Of a stretch of 64,000 nucleotides of DNA, positions 45,091-57,071 are shown one piece after another. The stretch spans positions 1,798,001 to 1,862,000 of the forward strand of contig OZ037835.1 of NCBI GenBank assembly GCA_964035575.1, in the 5' to 3' direction. The notes below the pieces were generated by a model. It made no database searches and was not told the origin of the DNA. It saw only the letters and a list, made by a program, of their open reading frames with translations. The translations under genes were made by a program, and so were the position numbers. The stretch comes from Rhynchopus sp. YZ270_cl-10. Taxonomy: Eukaryota. Within the stretch, counting starts at the first letter, position 1. The number at the start of each line of letters is the position of its first letter.

Positions 45091-45820
45091 TTCGGGTGCC
45101 TACCACGCCCGTTTTTGAGCAATAAAATTCCTTTTGTCTGGTCAAAAATCGCCTTGTACTTGTGAAAGGAATTGCTAAGGAAATGTGAAATATGCGTGTT
45201 TTTGTACACAAAAGTGCGTTTTGGGTGCTTCTGAAGGGTCAAAACACCAAAATTTTGCGTTTTTTTGCGTTTTTGGTCTCCCAAGGACACACTATTTTCG
45301 ATGAATTTTTTTTTCACCCTTTGCGAAAAAAAACTGAAAAATCACGGCTATAAGAACGCTAAGGAAAAATCGATATTCATTTTTTTGGGCAGAAAAGTGC
45401 GTTTTAGGTGCCCACCGATGGTCAAAACATCAATTTTTTTGTGTTTTTGGCATCTTTGGACACCCAAGGACCCACTATGGGGTGTCCCGGGCACGGCGTA
45501 ATTCAGGTGTAATGGGGTGTAATGGGGTGTAATGGAGTGTAATGGAGGGAATTTAAACTTTTTGCTTTTTTTGCGTTTTCCCCCCGTTTTTTCAACACGA
45601 AAAGTCCAAAAAAGGTGACAACAAATTTTTTTTTTGCGAGTGGAGCAAAAAAAAATTTGCCTGGCTGACCATTGCCGAAGGAATTTTGCACTTTTGACCA
45701 CCACAGATTACACGTTGTTTTACGATTTTTTCTATGCACTTATGCTTACAGTGCCACCGGTGTTAATTTTTTACTGGCGTGGCTACATAACCGATTCCCC
45801 ATGTTTCTACCGTGTTTCTA

Positions 45821-46084
45821 CACAGTACACAGTACACAGTACACAGTACACAGTACACAGTACACAGTACACAGTACACAGTACACAGTACACAGTACAC
45901 AGTACACAGTACACAGTACACAGTACACAGTACACAGTACACAGTACACAGTACACAGTACACAGTACACAGTACACAGTACACAGTACACAGTACACAG
46001 TACACAGTACACAGTACACAGTACACAGTACACAGTACACAGTACACAGTACACAGTACACAGTACACAGTACACAGTACACAG
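45821..46084. repeat. (CACAGTA)n microsatellite, about 38 copies
   Basis: Directly visible. Confidence 0.99.
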
Positions 46085-46317
46085 CACACAGCACTGTACA
46101 AGGCAAAAATGACCAAAACAGCTGATGTTTTGGCCGAATGCCACCCTATCAGGAATATTTTCATGTATTCACACAAATTTTTTTCTGGCCTCAATACCCC
46201 CAAACTACACGATTTTCGGTTCCGGCAAATTTTTGGAGCACCAAATATCGCAAAAAAATTCAATTTTTTTGGTGTCGTCCGCACATCCCTTTAGTAAAGA
46301 CCAAAACACCAAGGCGT

Positions 46318-46460
46318 TGTAATTCATGTGTAATGGGGTGTAATGGGGCGTAATGGGGTGTAAGTGGGTGTAAGTGGGTGTAAGTGGGTGTAATGGGGTG
46401 AAAGTGGGTGTAAATCGGTGAAATGGGGTGAAATGGGTGAAAGTGTGCGTAAGTGGGTGT
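46318..46460. repeat. Degenerate 10-mer array (TAATGGGGTG/TAAGTGGGTG), shorter copy at about 45505-45545
   Basis: Visible 10-bp periodicity. Confidence 0.8.
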
Positions 46461-47372
46461 TAGTGTGGTACCGCCGGGACACCCCACACTATCGGGGTGA
46501 TTTTTTTTGCCTGAGATTTGCCTTTGCCAAAATCGAAAAAAAAAATTGTGACGGAATTTGCTAAGGAAAAGTCGAAACTGTGGGCCCCTGTAGTAATGCA
46601 TAAGGTGCATAATGCATATGGTTTACCCCCAGATCGTCAAAACACCCAATTTTTGCGTTTTTTGCACTTTTTGGTGCCCAAAAACCCAACTCAGGGGTCG
46701 AAATTTTCCCGAAAAAAATTTTTTTTTTTTTGAGATTTTTCGATTTCAGGGTCCTAGCTTGGTTTTGGAAAAAAATGCCAAATCTGGGTCAGAATTTTTT
46801 TTTTGGGTCAGCAGAGGTTTTGGGCCTTGGGGGGCTTGTCTTGGCTTTTTTGGGTTTTCCGAGCTCTACCCTCACTGTGGTGGGGTCATTTCAGAAAAAT
46901 GGACAAGTTTTTGACTGATACAAATTTTGGCCACTACGACTAGTGTTGCTCACAACGTTAAGTGGAACGCTACTATAACCATAAAAATCACTCCCCGTTC
47001 ATAGATCACCCAACACAAAATATATAAAATGGCGCCGCAGGCGAAAAAAATTAGGGTACGGTGTAAAAATGTAGCTTTTTACACCACAGAGTCACTCTAC
47101 GAACCCTTTTTTGCGGAGCAAAAAAGGAAAAATGGCGCCGCAGGCAATAAAAATTGGGTCCAGCCCTGGACGGTGCCGGATTTTTTTGTCGATATTTTTT
47201 TTTCTTACCCCAGAAAAGGTGGTGGGCCCCCCAAAGAGGGGAAAAAATCAGAATTTCCCAATTTCCAAATTAATTAATTCCCTTTTTTTTTTTTTTTTGT
47301 GGGTCGCGACCCAGGCACTTGGGTCAGCTTGACCCACTGACCCAGGCAAGCTAGGACTCTGACTTTCCCCTA

Positions 47373-47840
47373 TTATTGTGCACTCACCTCATTTCTGTAC
47401 TTCAGGCTAAGGGTTTTTCCCCCTTTTGACATCCTTTTCTGGACGTTTTGGGGGTAGAAAAAAAAAAAAAAAAAAAAAAATGTTTTTGTTTTTATTTTGC
47501 ATGTCAAAGGAATCAAAGAAACCTGTATAAAACCCCTTGCCTGATAGTGCGTATGACGTGGGTAGCGTACCAACTAAACAAAAGATGAAAGGGGTTTTAT
47601 TATTTCGGACTAGTTTTTTTTTCCCAATTCTCAAAAATCTGTACGCACGCAGGACGCGAAACAATAGAAATACTTGCCATGCCCTTAAAGAAACCCGTTC
47701 GTCTTAGGTTTAGTTGTGGTACGCGTTTCATTGCTACCTACATTATACGCGTTTGATTTTACAAAACGCCCAGAAATGGGATGTCAAAAAGGAAAAAAAA
47801 CCCTAATCCTGAAGTACAGAAATGAGGTGCGTCCACAATA
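47373..47840. repeat. Inverted repeat pair, ~60-bp arms (MITE-like)
   Basis: TATTGTG..C.CACCTCATTTCTGTACTTCAGG...TTTTGACATCC versus its reverse complement at about 47779-47840. Confidence 0.7.
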
Positions 47841-48522
47841 GAAAAGGAGGAGAGGGGGTAAACAGAAAGTCTCAAGACGTTTTTGAATCATTTCCCACAA
47901 AGTACCCTCATAGTATAAATTATGTTATTGTTACAAATAAATTATTTCGGCGATTTTTATTTTTTTTATAACACCCCGGTATCACATATGATACTGATTT
48001 CCATGGATACACATGAAAAGGAGTTCCGTGCTATTCACAGAACTCGATAGGCGATTGAGCTTATCTAACAACAACCAAAACAAAAGAAAGTACAAAGAAG
48101 AGAATAAAAAATGCAGGAAAAATAGACAAAGAGAAAAACAAAGAGATTTTGACAAAGTGAACAATAAAAAACATTTTTGCATTTTGTTACTTTTTTCATT
48201 TTTTGGATTTTATTTTTTTGTAACATTTTTGTTACGCCGCAGGCGTAACAAAAATGTTACTGGGGGGGGCTAATAAGGATACAGCACGGAAACCCATGGT
48301 GTAAAAATCTAGCTTTTTACACAGAGTCACTGAACGAACCCTTTTTTGCGGAGCAAAAAAGGGAAAATGGCGCCGCAGGCAAAAAAAATTGAGGTACAGC
48401 CTGGATGGTGTGGTCAGCAACCCAGTTCCCAATGGTACTCCCGTGGTTCAACCATGGGCTTTTTATTTTTTCTTTGTAACATTTGTTACTTTTTGCCCAA
48501 CTGCAAAAAAACGAATAAAACA

Positions 48523-51288
48523 CATACTGTGGGTGTTATAACGTTATCTATAACGTTAATAACGTTATTAAAAGTGTTATTTTTGTTATTTTTTTTCCTA
48601 TCTACTTCTAAGGGCCAGGAGTGGTTCGGAACGTGCCCAAAACCCCCCAAAAATTTTTTTTGGGGGGGTTACAACAAAAAAAATGCCCCAAAAACATGTT
48701 TTTTTCATATTTTAAAAAAATTCCAACAAAAAAAGTGTTATTGGAGTGTTATTTGAGTGTTATTTTCAACATTTTTTTTCACAAAAATGCCAAAAATGCC
48801 AGATTTTGCCAACAAAAATACCAAAAATGGCCGAAAGTTACATATTTTTACCTCCTACACTAGGGGAGCCTATACCGGTAATTTTGGCTCCTTTTGATTT
48901 TAAATTGAAATTTCTAAGTCTTTTTTGACCTACGACCCCGGCAATGCATTTTTTGGGACTCTGTGGACTCAAATGAGCAAAAATTTAAACAAAATGCTGC
49001 CCGCTGACGCATTTAAACGCACATTTTGTTGAAAATTGTCATTTTACACTGGATTTGCCTTTGCCATTTTCAGTTTTTTTGCAGATTTTTTTCAAAAAAA
49101 AAATTGAAAAAAAAAGGCTCAAAAGTGCCTGAAACCCGGCGGAAAGTGATTTTTGGTGAGGTATATAGGGTAGTTTCACCTATTTTTGGGTTTTTTTGCC
49201 GAAAGGCGCCAAATTTTCCGCGCCAAATGAAGGAATAGCCGGTGCATAGGCCCCCCTATCCTACACACCAAAAATGTGTCCCGAGAAAAAATGAGTCCCA
49301 AAAATAGCCACTCTCAAAAAAGTTCCTATTTAAAAATTCTTCCAAAACATAACTTACAATTAGTAGTTTTCATTGACGCGCAATTATTGACGAGCACAAA
49401 ATCCTGTTACAGGCGTGCAATGTGTAACCGCTAAAGACGCCTCCCTAAAGCGATGGTGGTAGGTGAAGGGGAGGGAGGAGGTGAAAAGTGCAAGGGGGGT
49501 CTGGAGGACCCCGGGAGAGCTTGGTCGACGTACCCGCGTAATGCAGGATACATAAAGACGCGTTCCTCCGTCCAGATGGGTCATCGCTTGCACTTCTTCA
49601 TTGACCCAACGACCTCCGTTGTTTTGGTCATACCCCGGCTCGCTGATTTTGAGACCAAATATTTTCCCCAGCAATTTTTACCCACAAAAAATTGGGAATT
49701 TTTTATTTTTGCTGCCTGATATGTTGTGCAGGTCTGGAGTGGAAGCGTGTAATTACAAATACTTAATTACACAGTTTCCACTCATTTTCCACAGAAAAAT
49801 CCCATACCTAGACCCATCACAAGAGCTTGCCAAGAGCTTGTAATAATCTACAAAACTCTAATAATACTCTAATAAATCACTCATAATTGATTTTAGTTTT
49901 GTTTTACACCACCCCCATAGACCACCCTAATTATTATGAAACTCTTAGTCAGTCACTGCTATAGCCATTTAACCCAGGGAGCATAGCGTGTGCAAGAAAT
50001 TCGACTTTGGAAACCTTCTGGAAAGTCTGTCCTCTGCTCGCGGAGGACTAGGCACAAGAAAATATTGCGTTCCCCCAGAAACCAGTTTTTGTCACAGTAA
50101 TTTTTGCCCAGGGCATGCTCTTGAAGCATGGCGGCTTGGTGTGAGAAGGGGCAGTGTGTTGTTTTGTTCGATTTCAACGGTTGTTAGAACGAGTCAAGTG
50201 GATGCTTATCTAAACACTGACTTTAGTACAGACCCGAGAGATCACACATGACTTTGAGGAAAGAACAAAGCAATGCATCTGTACCCGCACGCCAGGTTGT
50301 AGTTACTTCAGAATTTTCTTAAGTTTGCATGAAAGAGAAGGGGGCGAAACCTTTGTATACGTCTACGACGAAGGTAGTAGCCTAATGACAACCATGTGGT
50401 GGCTGTAATTCACATCCCTTAGAATTACCAGAATTCAGCCTTTGATGAAGTAACGTGCATACTTGTATGTGCGTGTCACGCTTCTCCACCCTTAAATGGG
50501 TGCACATGCACGAAGATTAGTAGGCAAGTGGTAACCCTTCTCGACTAGTGCAAACTTAAGAATTTTCTGCTGTAACTTACCAAAATCGATTTTCTTTCAC
50601 CCCAAACACCCGCAACACCCCACCTGCTACTTCGGTAGCCTGTGTTGTTGGGAGCTGGTTCTCATGTTGATCCCCAGTGTCTTGCACTGCTTCTTCTGAG
50701 CCCAACGCTGTTTGGCCTGTCGACGTAATAAATACGAAGACAGGGGGGCGGTGCCAACAATTTTCCAATGATGTAACGTTTATCTGATTGATTTATCGGT
50801 TGATATACCTTGGCAATGCTTGTGTGCTACTTCATGCACACCAAGAAAGGTATATTGAACGGTACTTTCAAGCGATACTTCGTTATGTCATTGGGGGTTA
50901 TTTTTGTTATTGCGTTATGGTACCCAGGTGCCCAGGCACAGGCACCCAGGTCCAGGTACCCACGTACACAGGTACCCAGGTACCCAGGTACACCGGCACT
51001 GTGTACTGGGTACCTGGGTACCTGGGTACCTGGGTACCTGGGTACCTGGGTACCTGGGTACCTGGGTACCTGGGTACCTGGGTACCTGGGTACCTGGGTA
51101 CCTGGGTACCTGGGTGCCTGGGTACCATAACGCAATAACAAAAATAACAGTTATAACGGTGTTATAACGTTATCGATAACGTTATAACACTTTTATTTTT
51201 TGTTATAACGTTATTGGATAACGTTATAACAAAAATAACGTTATAACAAAAATAACGTTATACATAACGTTATAACACCCACAGTATG
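48523..51288. mobile_element. TIR element, 2.77 kb, 6-bp TSD, unclassified
   Basis: Perfect 25-bp TIR CATACTGTGGGTGTTATAACGTTAT, AAAACA on both flanks (48517-48522, 51289-51294), and ATAACGTTAT subterminal repeats. Confidence 0.82.
51006..51125. repeat. (CCTGGGTA)n microsatellite, about 15 copies
   Basis: Directly visible. The same 8-mer occurs as CCCAGGTA at about 11860-11891. Confidence 0.97.
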
Positions 51289-51552
51289 AAAACATTTTAT
51301 TAAATTGTTACAAAAAAGTGTGGCAGCGGTTACTGGGGGGGTAAACCGGTAGAAACACGGTAGAAACACGGGGAATCGGTTGGGGGTTCCCTTTTTTGGA
51401 AAAAAAAAATTCTTTTTTTACCAGGGGACTTCTCTATGTTGTAGGCATACAGAGGCACAGATTTGACAGACCGGGGCCGGAACTGGCTGGGATGTCACGA
51501 AACTGACAAAAAAAGTGGTTTTCGACCTTTTTTCTTTTGGCCAGCTGTACTG

Positions 51553-51656
51553 TACTGTGTATACTGTGTATACTGTGTATACTGTGTATACTGTGTATAC
51601 TGTGTATACTGTGTATACTGTGTATACTGTGTATACTGTGTATACTGTGTATACTG
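51553..51656. repeat. (TACTGTGTA)n 9-mer array, about 11 copies
   Basis: Directly visible. Confidence 0.97.
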
Positions 51657-51795
51657 CGGAAATTGACCAAAAACGAGAACTTGTCCATTTCGGCAAATTG
51701 ACCCCACCACTGGCCGGACGGATTCCGGAAATGCAAATGCCGGCGTTTAAAAGCTCACCAGCGAAAAAAAAGAAAATTTTCCAACATCTGTAACC

Positions 51796-52324
51796 AGGGT
51801 TCTAGCTCAGAAGAAAAAAAAAAGAAACGGAAAAGGTGGCTCAAAAAAAAATTTTCTGCGCTTCGCGCGCAGGGATTACGCAGCTCCCCCCAAAATAAAA
51901 AAAGTACGTATGGATTTTCAACACGTACAATTCTAAGCAAAAACAATTAAAAACCGCGCGCGCTTCGCGCGCGCTCTCCCTGGCAAAGTTGGTTGAGAAG
52001 GGTTGTGAAAGTTCGAAGAACTGGAGAAATCATCAGTCATGGCATCCAAATGTTCCTGGCGAAGCCACGGTACGCAACATTTTTAAAAAATCTTGACATA
52101 AAATGGCACTTTCGTTGGTAACTATGGTCCAGTTCCGTAAACTTTACTTCCATATTTTGCTAAAACGAAAGTTTCTGGCGAAGCCACGGTACGCAACATT
52201 TCTAAAAATTGCGCTTAAAATTGCCTATTATGTCATGGGAAGGGTGTATTGCAATCTAGCGCCGCAGGCGCACGGTACGCTACTTTTTTCTTTCGCCATG
52301 CTGCATGCTCCTTTTCCGGTAAAA
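51796..52324 (-). repeat. ~530-bp near-identical inverted copy of 10148-10676
   Basis: Starts with the CAGGGTTCTAGCTCAG TIR. ORFs 10145- and 52103+ translate identically for 74 aa. Confidence 0.93.
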
Positions 52325-55037
52325 GGAGGTACCCTAATATTCGCCCCTGGTTGCCCCAATTCGCGCCAATTCGCGTTTTGTACTTAGCCGTTTTTTCGCG
52401 AAAAAAAACGCTAATTGGCGCGAATTGGCGCGACACGATTAGGGTATGAAATTCGCGCCAATTAGCGTTTTTTTCCACAGGGGGGACCCTTTGGTCGTCG
52501 AAATTCCCCAGCCAAAATTGGTCACAAAATCTGCCGATTTTTCAAAAATCTCAAAAAAAAAAAATTTTTTTTTTTTGGGGAATAGTCAGATTTACCCTAC
52601 CCTATTTTGAAAAAGTTCAGACTTGCCCGAAAATAAGTTCAGACTTGCCCTAAAAGTGTTTTTAGGGCAAGTCTGAACTTATTTTTAGGGCAAACACTTT
52701 TTTTAGGGCAAGTCTGAACTTTTTTAGGGCAAGTTGGTGGCTCTTGGGTCACAGAGCCCGGCGGTCGTCGTTTTTGCGTTTCTGTTTAGGGCACGTATGG
52801 GCTATTCGCTACGAGTCCTGGTAGTGAAATGAGCAACCTATGGTATGCAACTTTTCCTCCTCACTCCTCCTCACCCCGTACGTTAACTTTAAATAGTGTT
52901 TTGCCAATAGTCCACCTTGTCACATAATTCGGATTATTGTCGGTGATCAGGATTATTGACTATTTTCACACCCGTTTATAGGGCATGACACCTGAATTTC
53001 CTTGTGCCCAGTACACACCACTTTCCGAGCAAAATTAAATAATGACACAAATAGGAGGGGAAAACCCTCTGACCTTTATCATCACTCTAAAAAACTCTCA
53101 GGTACCGCACCGCACCACGATCCGAGACCCGTACAGAACAGAAAACAGAAAAAAGACGTCCGCACCCAAACGCGACTCCTCATAGAACACGACGTAGTAG
53201 TAACAAAAAAAAATACCGATTACTGCAGTAAGTACAAAGCCTTTGGGCGACATTGTACAGCTCCTACATCATGTGCGTGATTGTCGATACAACCAAAGAA
53301 AAGCATAGTGGTGCACCCTCGGGTGTCTGCACTACTGCAACAACTATTTCTATAGCTACAGTTTCCCCACCTCTACCTTTAACTTTTTATACGAGGATGT
53401 AATTCTCCGGGATTACTCCGCGATTGTCGTCACAACAAAAAAGTCCAGAGGACTTGTTGGTCGCCTTACTCATTTGGATCAACGGTATGTATATGGGTCC
53501 GTTTATAAACCCCCCCCCCTCACTCGTTCCAGACCACTTTTTTTGAGTTCTACACAATTTGAGCCCCGACAGGTGCCCAGAACCCCCCTGGAATCGGTTT
53601 TGAGCGACTTTTGGCGGTGTTTTGGGGTAAAAAGACGCTTTTTTTGCTATTTTCAGGCTATTTTTGGCCATTTTCAGGCTATTTTGGCCTGTTTTGGCCT
53701 GTTTTCACTGTATGGCCGGGGTTTCGGGTTTTATGAGGTTTGAGCACCAACAGGTGTCACGAAACACCCCAGTACCGGTTTTGTGGGTCTCCTGTGGGGT
53801 TTTTGGGGTGAAATATACCTTTTGCTTGATGTTCTGGGCGATATTGGGGTGTTTTTTGGCCATGTAGGCCTGGTATGTGCCACTACAGTGCATGGGCCAA
53901 ATTGGGTGTTTTGAGGGGTAGAGGGTCGTGGTGGTGGGTTCCTAACTCGCTGGCGGCGACGCTTATTGCTCACTGTTCTGGCCCCATTTCCCCCATTTCC
54001 CCCCTCCCTGACCCTTTTCTGATGAAGATCTTTGAAATGCCGGGTCCTGTCGCAAATGTTCTTTGTGAACGTTCTTCATAGAATAGGGGAGTGTGAGGGG
54101 GGTCAAAATAGCCCTTTTTGACCAAAAATGGCCCAAAAAATCCAAGGAAAACCTTCGATTGGGCAAATTATGAAAAAAATTTTCAAGTCAAATTTTCAAC
54201 CAAAATACGGTCATTTTGTTCACACAGTGATTCTACGTCATGCTAGCTTCCTGTGCAGAACTCCAGCAATTCACCAATGCCGGCATCTATCTTTCCATTA
54301 TCGCCATTGCACTTCGTTCACGCCATTGCACTTCGGTCATTTTGTGCATACCCTGTGACTGTGGTGGCTAGAGAACACGCACATGCAGACCCGTTCCTTG
54401 CAATTTCCAGTGTTGTGTTTATCAATGCATGCATCCAGAGGACCTCTGGTTTACGAAATCGTAGGCACTCCTGTGCAAAAATGAAGTCGGTTTTTGACCC
54501 AAAATCGGGGTGGGTGGGCCATAATTTGCTCCAAATTTGGCCGAAAATTGGGATTTTTCTGAAAATTTTCATTGTGCCCAGCAAAAATCCTTGATTTTTT
54601 GAAAAATTTTCCAAAAAATATGCTATACCCCCTATGACTGGACCCAACTCCCCTCACCCTTTTTTTCCCCTAAAAAAGCCCCCAAAATTCCTACCATTTT
54701 TACCATTTTTACCATTTTTGACCAATTTAGGGTACCTCCTATCGAATGAATACACACGAATTCATCCTTCGATTCCAAAAAGGTACTGTCCTTACGGTTT
54801 GTATTATTTCCTAACAACCACTACGTTACGCTGCGTTGTTGTGTGCAAGAAAATATTGCGGCTGGCAAAAGGCTATTTGGAAAACAAAGTTATTCGGGGG
54901 GAGCCCTTTAGAAAGGGTAGTAAATAAAATAGTTTCCTTCCCACCCCCTCCCTGAAGTCCTTGCCTTTCCCCCTCTCCCCCAGTCTGCATAACAAGAAAC
55001 CAACACAAAAGACACAACAACAATACACAAACACACA

Positions 55038-56372
55038 ATGCCGAAGCGACACGCAGACAGCACGCAGGACGAGAACCTACGAAAGAGAAGACAGCTTTCT
55101 ACAGACGTCTTGGAGGAGGCTGCCAGGAACGGCGACACGACTACCGTGCGGGCGGTACTTGAGGAGTTCAAACCATACAGAAAAGCAGTGGTCTTTGAAG
55201 CAGCGTACGAGGCATGCAGAGGGAACCACGGTGAATGCCTCACACTGCTTCTTCCGTATGTTGAGACAACGCAGATGGGCTTTGGGATCCTGCTGAGTGA
55301 GTGTGTCCACGCAGACCACGTTGCGTGCACGGAGGTCCTCTTGCAGCATTGGAAGTTTGTCTGCAACAACGTGGCGTTTGTCAGGCACGATTCCAGACAC
55401 AGCACAGGTCAGTCAGCGTGTCTCTGTCCGGCCATGTGGTCAAACCCTGCAGTGTGTCGTGTCTTGATTGATGCAGGTGCAGACTTACATACGAAAAACG
55501 AGAACGTACAGTTGCCTCTGCACTATGCTTGCGCTTCAGGAGCACTTGACGTTGTGAAGATGTTGGTTGAAGCAGGTGCGGGAGTGCGTGCCACGGACCA
55601 CAATGGAGACACGTGTCTTATCCTTGCGGCATATTCAGGACACACCAAGACTGTGCGCTATCTTGTGGGCTTGCCACATGTCGATGTGAATCACCGAAGC
55701 AGTCCCAACTTCACTGCTTTGCGCGCAGCGTCATCGAACAAGGCAACGGACGTAGCACAGCTGCTGATTGATGCAGGTGCAGACATCGACGCAGTGGGCT
55801 TGGGACGTTCGCCTCTGTACTTTGCTTGCGCTTCAGGAGCACTCGACATTATGAAGATGTTGGTCAGAGCAGGTGCGGACCACAGGGGAGGGACGTGTCT
55901 TACAAAAGCAGCGAGTTGTGGACGCACCGAGACTGTTCGCTATCTTGTGGGCTTGCCAGAGGTTGATGTGAATCAGCGAGATGATGAGCTCAAGACTGCG
56001 TTGCACTCAGCGGTGGAAGATTCACACACAGACGTGGTGCAGGTGCTGATTGATGCAGGTGCAGACACCAACACACAGACCAACTATGGTTTGAATCATT
56101 CGCCTCTGCACACTGCGTGCATTATGGAAACGCTTGACATTGTGAAGATGTTGGTCGAAGCAGGTGCGGGAGTACGTGCCACAGACAACGAAGGATGCAC
56201 GTGTCTCCACATTGCGGCAAAGTTCGGATTCACCGAGACTGTGCGCTATCTTGTGGGCTTGCCAGAGGTGGAACTGAATCACCGAGACACTAAAAAGAAC
56301 TACACTGCGTTGCAGTATGCGGTGGAGTGCAACCACACAGATGTTGAACAGGTGCTGCTTGATGCATTGTGA
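55038..56372 (+). CDS. NLS-ankyrin repeat protein, copy 10 (444 aa, 9 repeats)
   Basis: Intact ORF. Confidence 0.95.
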   Translation: MPKRHADSTQDENLRKRRQLSTDVLEEAARNGDTTTVRAVLEEFKPYRKAVVFEAAYEACRGNHGECLTLLLPYVETTQMGFGILLSECVHADHVACTEVLLQHWKFVCNNVAFVRHDSRHSTGQSACLCPAMWSNPAVCRVLIDAGADLHTKNENVQLPLHYACASGALDVVKMLVEAGAGVRATDHNGDTCLILAAYSGHTKTVRYLVGLPHVDVNHRSSPNFTALRAASSNKATDVAQLLIDAGADIDAVGLGRSPLYFACASGALDIMKMLVRAGADHRGGTCLTKAASCGRTETVRYLVGLPEVDVNQRDDELKTALHSAVEDSHTDVVQVLIDAGADTNTQTNYGLNHSPLHTACIMETLDIVKMLVEAGAGVRATDNEGCTCLHIAAKFGFTETVRYLVGLPEVELNHRDTKKNYTALQYAVECNHTDVEQVLLDAL

Positions 56373-57071
56373 GGCAGCGTGCTCTCGCGCCTTGTGACTT
56401 CGACCCTCCACCTGGGTCACCTGGCATAAGAAGAGAAAGAAGCGGACTAAAACTCCACCCCCACCACTCTGCTTTGCCCCCATCTGATGATGGACCGGCG
56501 GGGCACAACTTTAACCTCATCAGTGTGACAATTGCCACACAGGAGGGATCATCATCGTGTTCATCAAAGAAGGACAACTGACACTTTTGTGCCACTTTTG
56601 TTTTTGAGTTGTGGTGCACTGTCACGAGAGGGATTTTGTATTTCAAATCAGCTTTGATTTTTATTTGAGCAAATGATTCCTTGCTGGGTGCCTAATTAGT
56701 GATACGTGGCCGTCAGCATGACTCCAGCTACGACACAGGGAGTCATTCAGTACTGAAGGTTTTGCTTTTGCCTGCATTTCAACCAAGAAAAAGAAAGGCC
56801 ACTTGTTGTCGTACCTCTCAAAGACTTTCTCATATGATGAATGACGTGACGTGCATTGTGTGCTGTTCCCACATGGACGCATCTGCATTGTGTATTCCTG
56901 CATAAAGCGCTCCACAAACCCCCACGTGGAGGTGTCATGTGGTTGTGTGTGGCGTATCCGTGCATTCCGTTCCCTCACAGGGTGTGTTGCATGTGTTCTT
57001 CTCTTCGTCCTCTCTCCTCACCCACAACCTCTACAAGCACAAAAGACACAGCAACAACACACAAACACACA

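Larger units (their letters stand above)
43657..47684. mobile_element. PIF/Harbinger-like element ends
   Basis: 33-bp TIR GGGCATGGCAAGTRTTTYTWTTGTTTCGCGTCC (30/33), TTA on both flanks, and subterminal direct repeat AAATCTGTACGCACGCA. The right end lies inside another inverted repeat (47373-47840), so pairing is not certain. Confidence 0.65.

Noticed and set aside
43752..46294. ORFs with YCTVL, STVQY and TVHSTQY repeats
   Set aside because: These are translations of the (CAGTA)n and (CACAGTA)n arrays.
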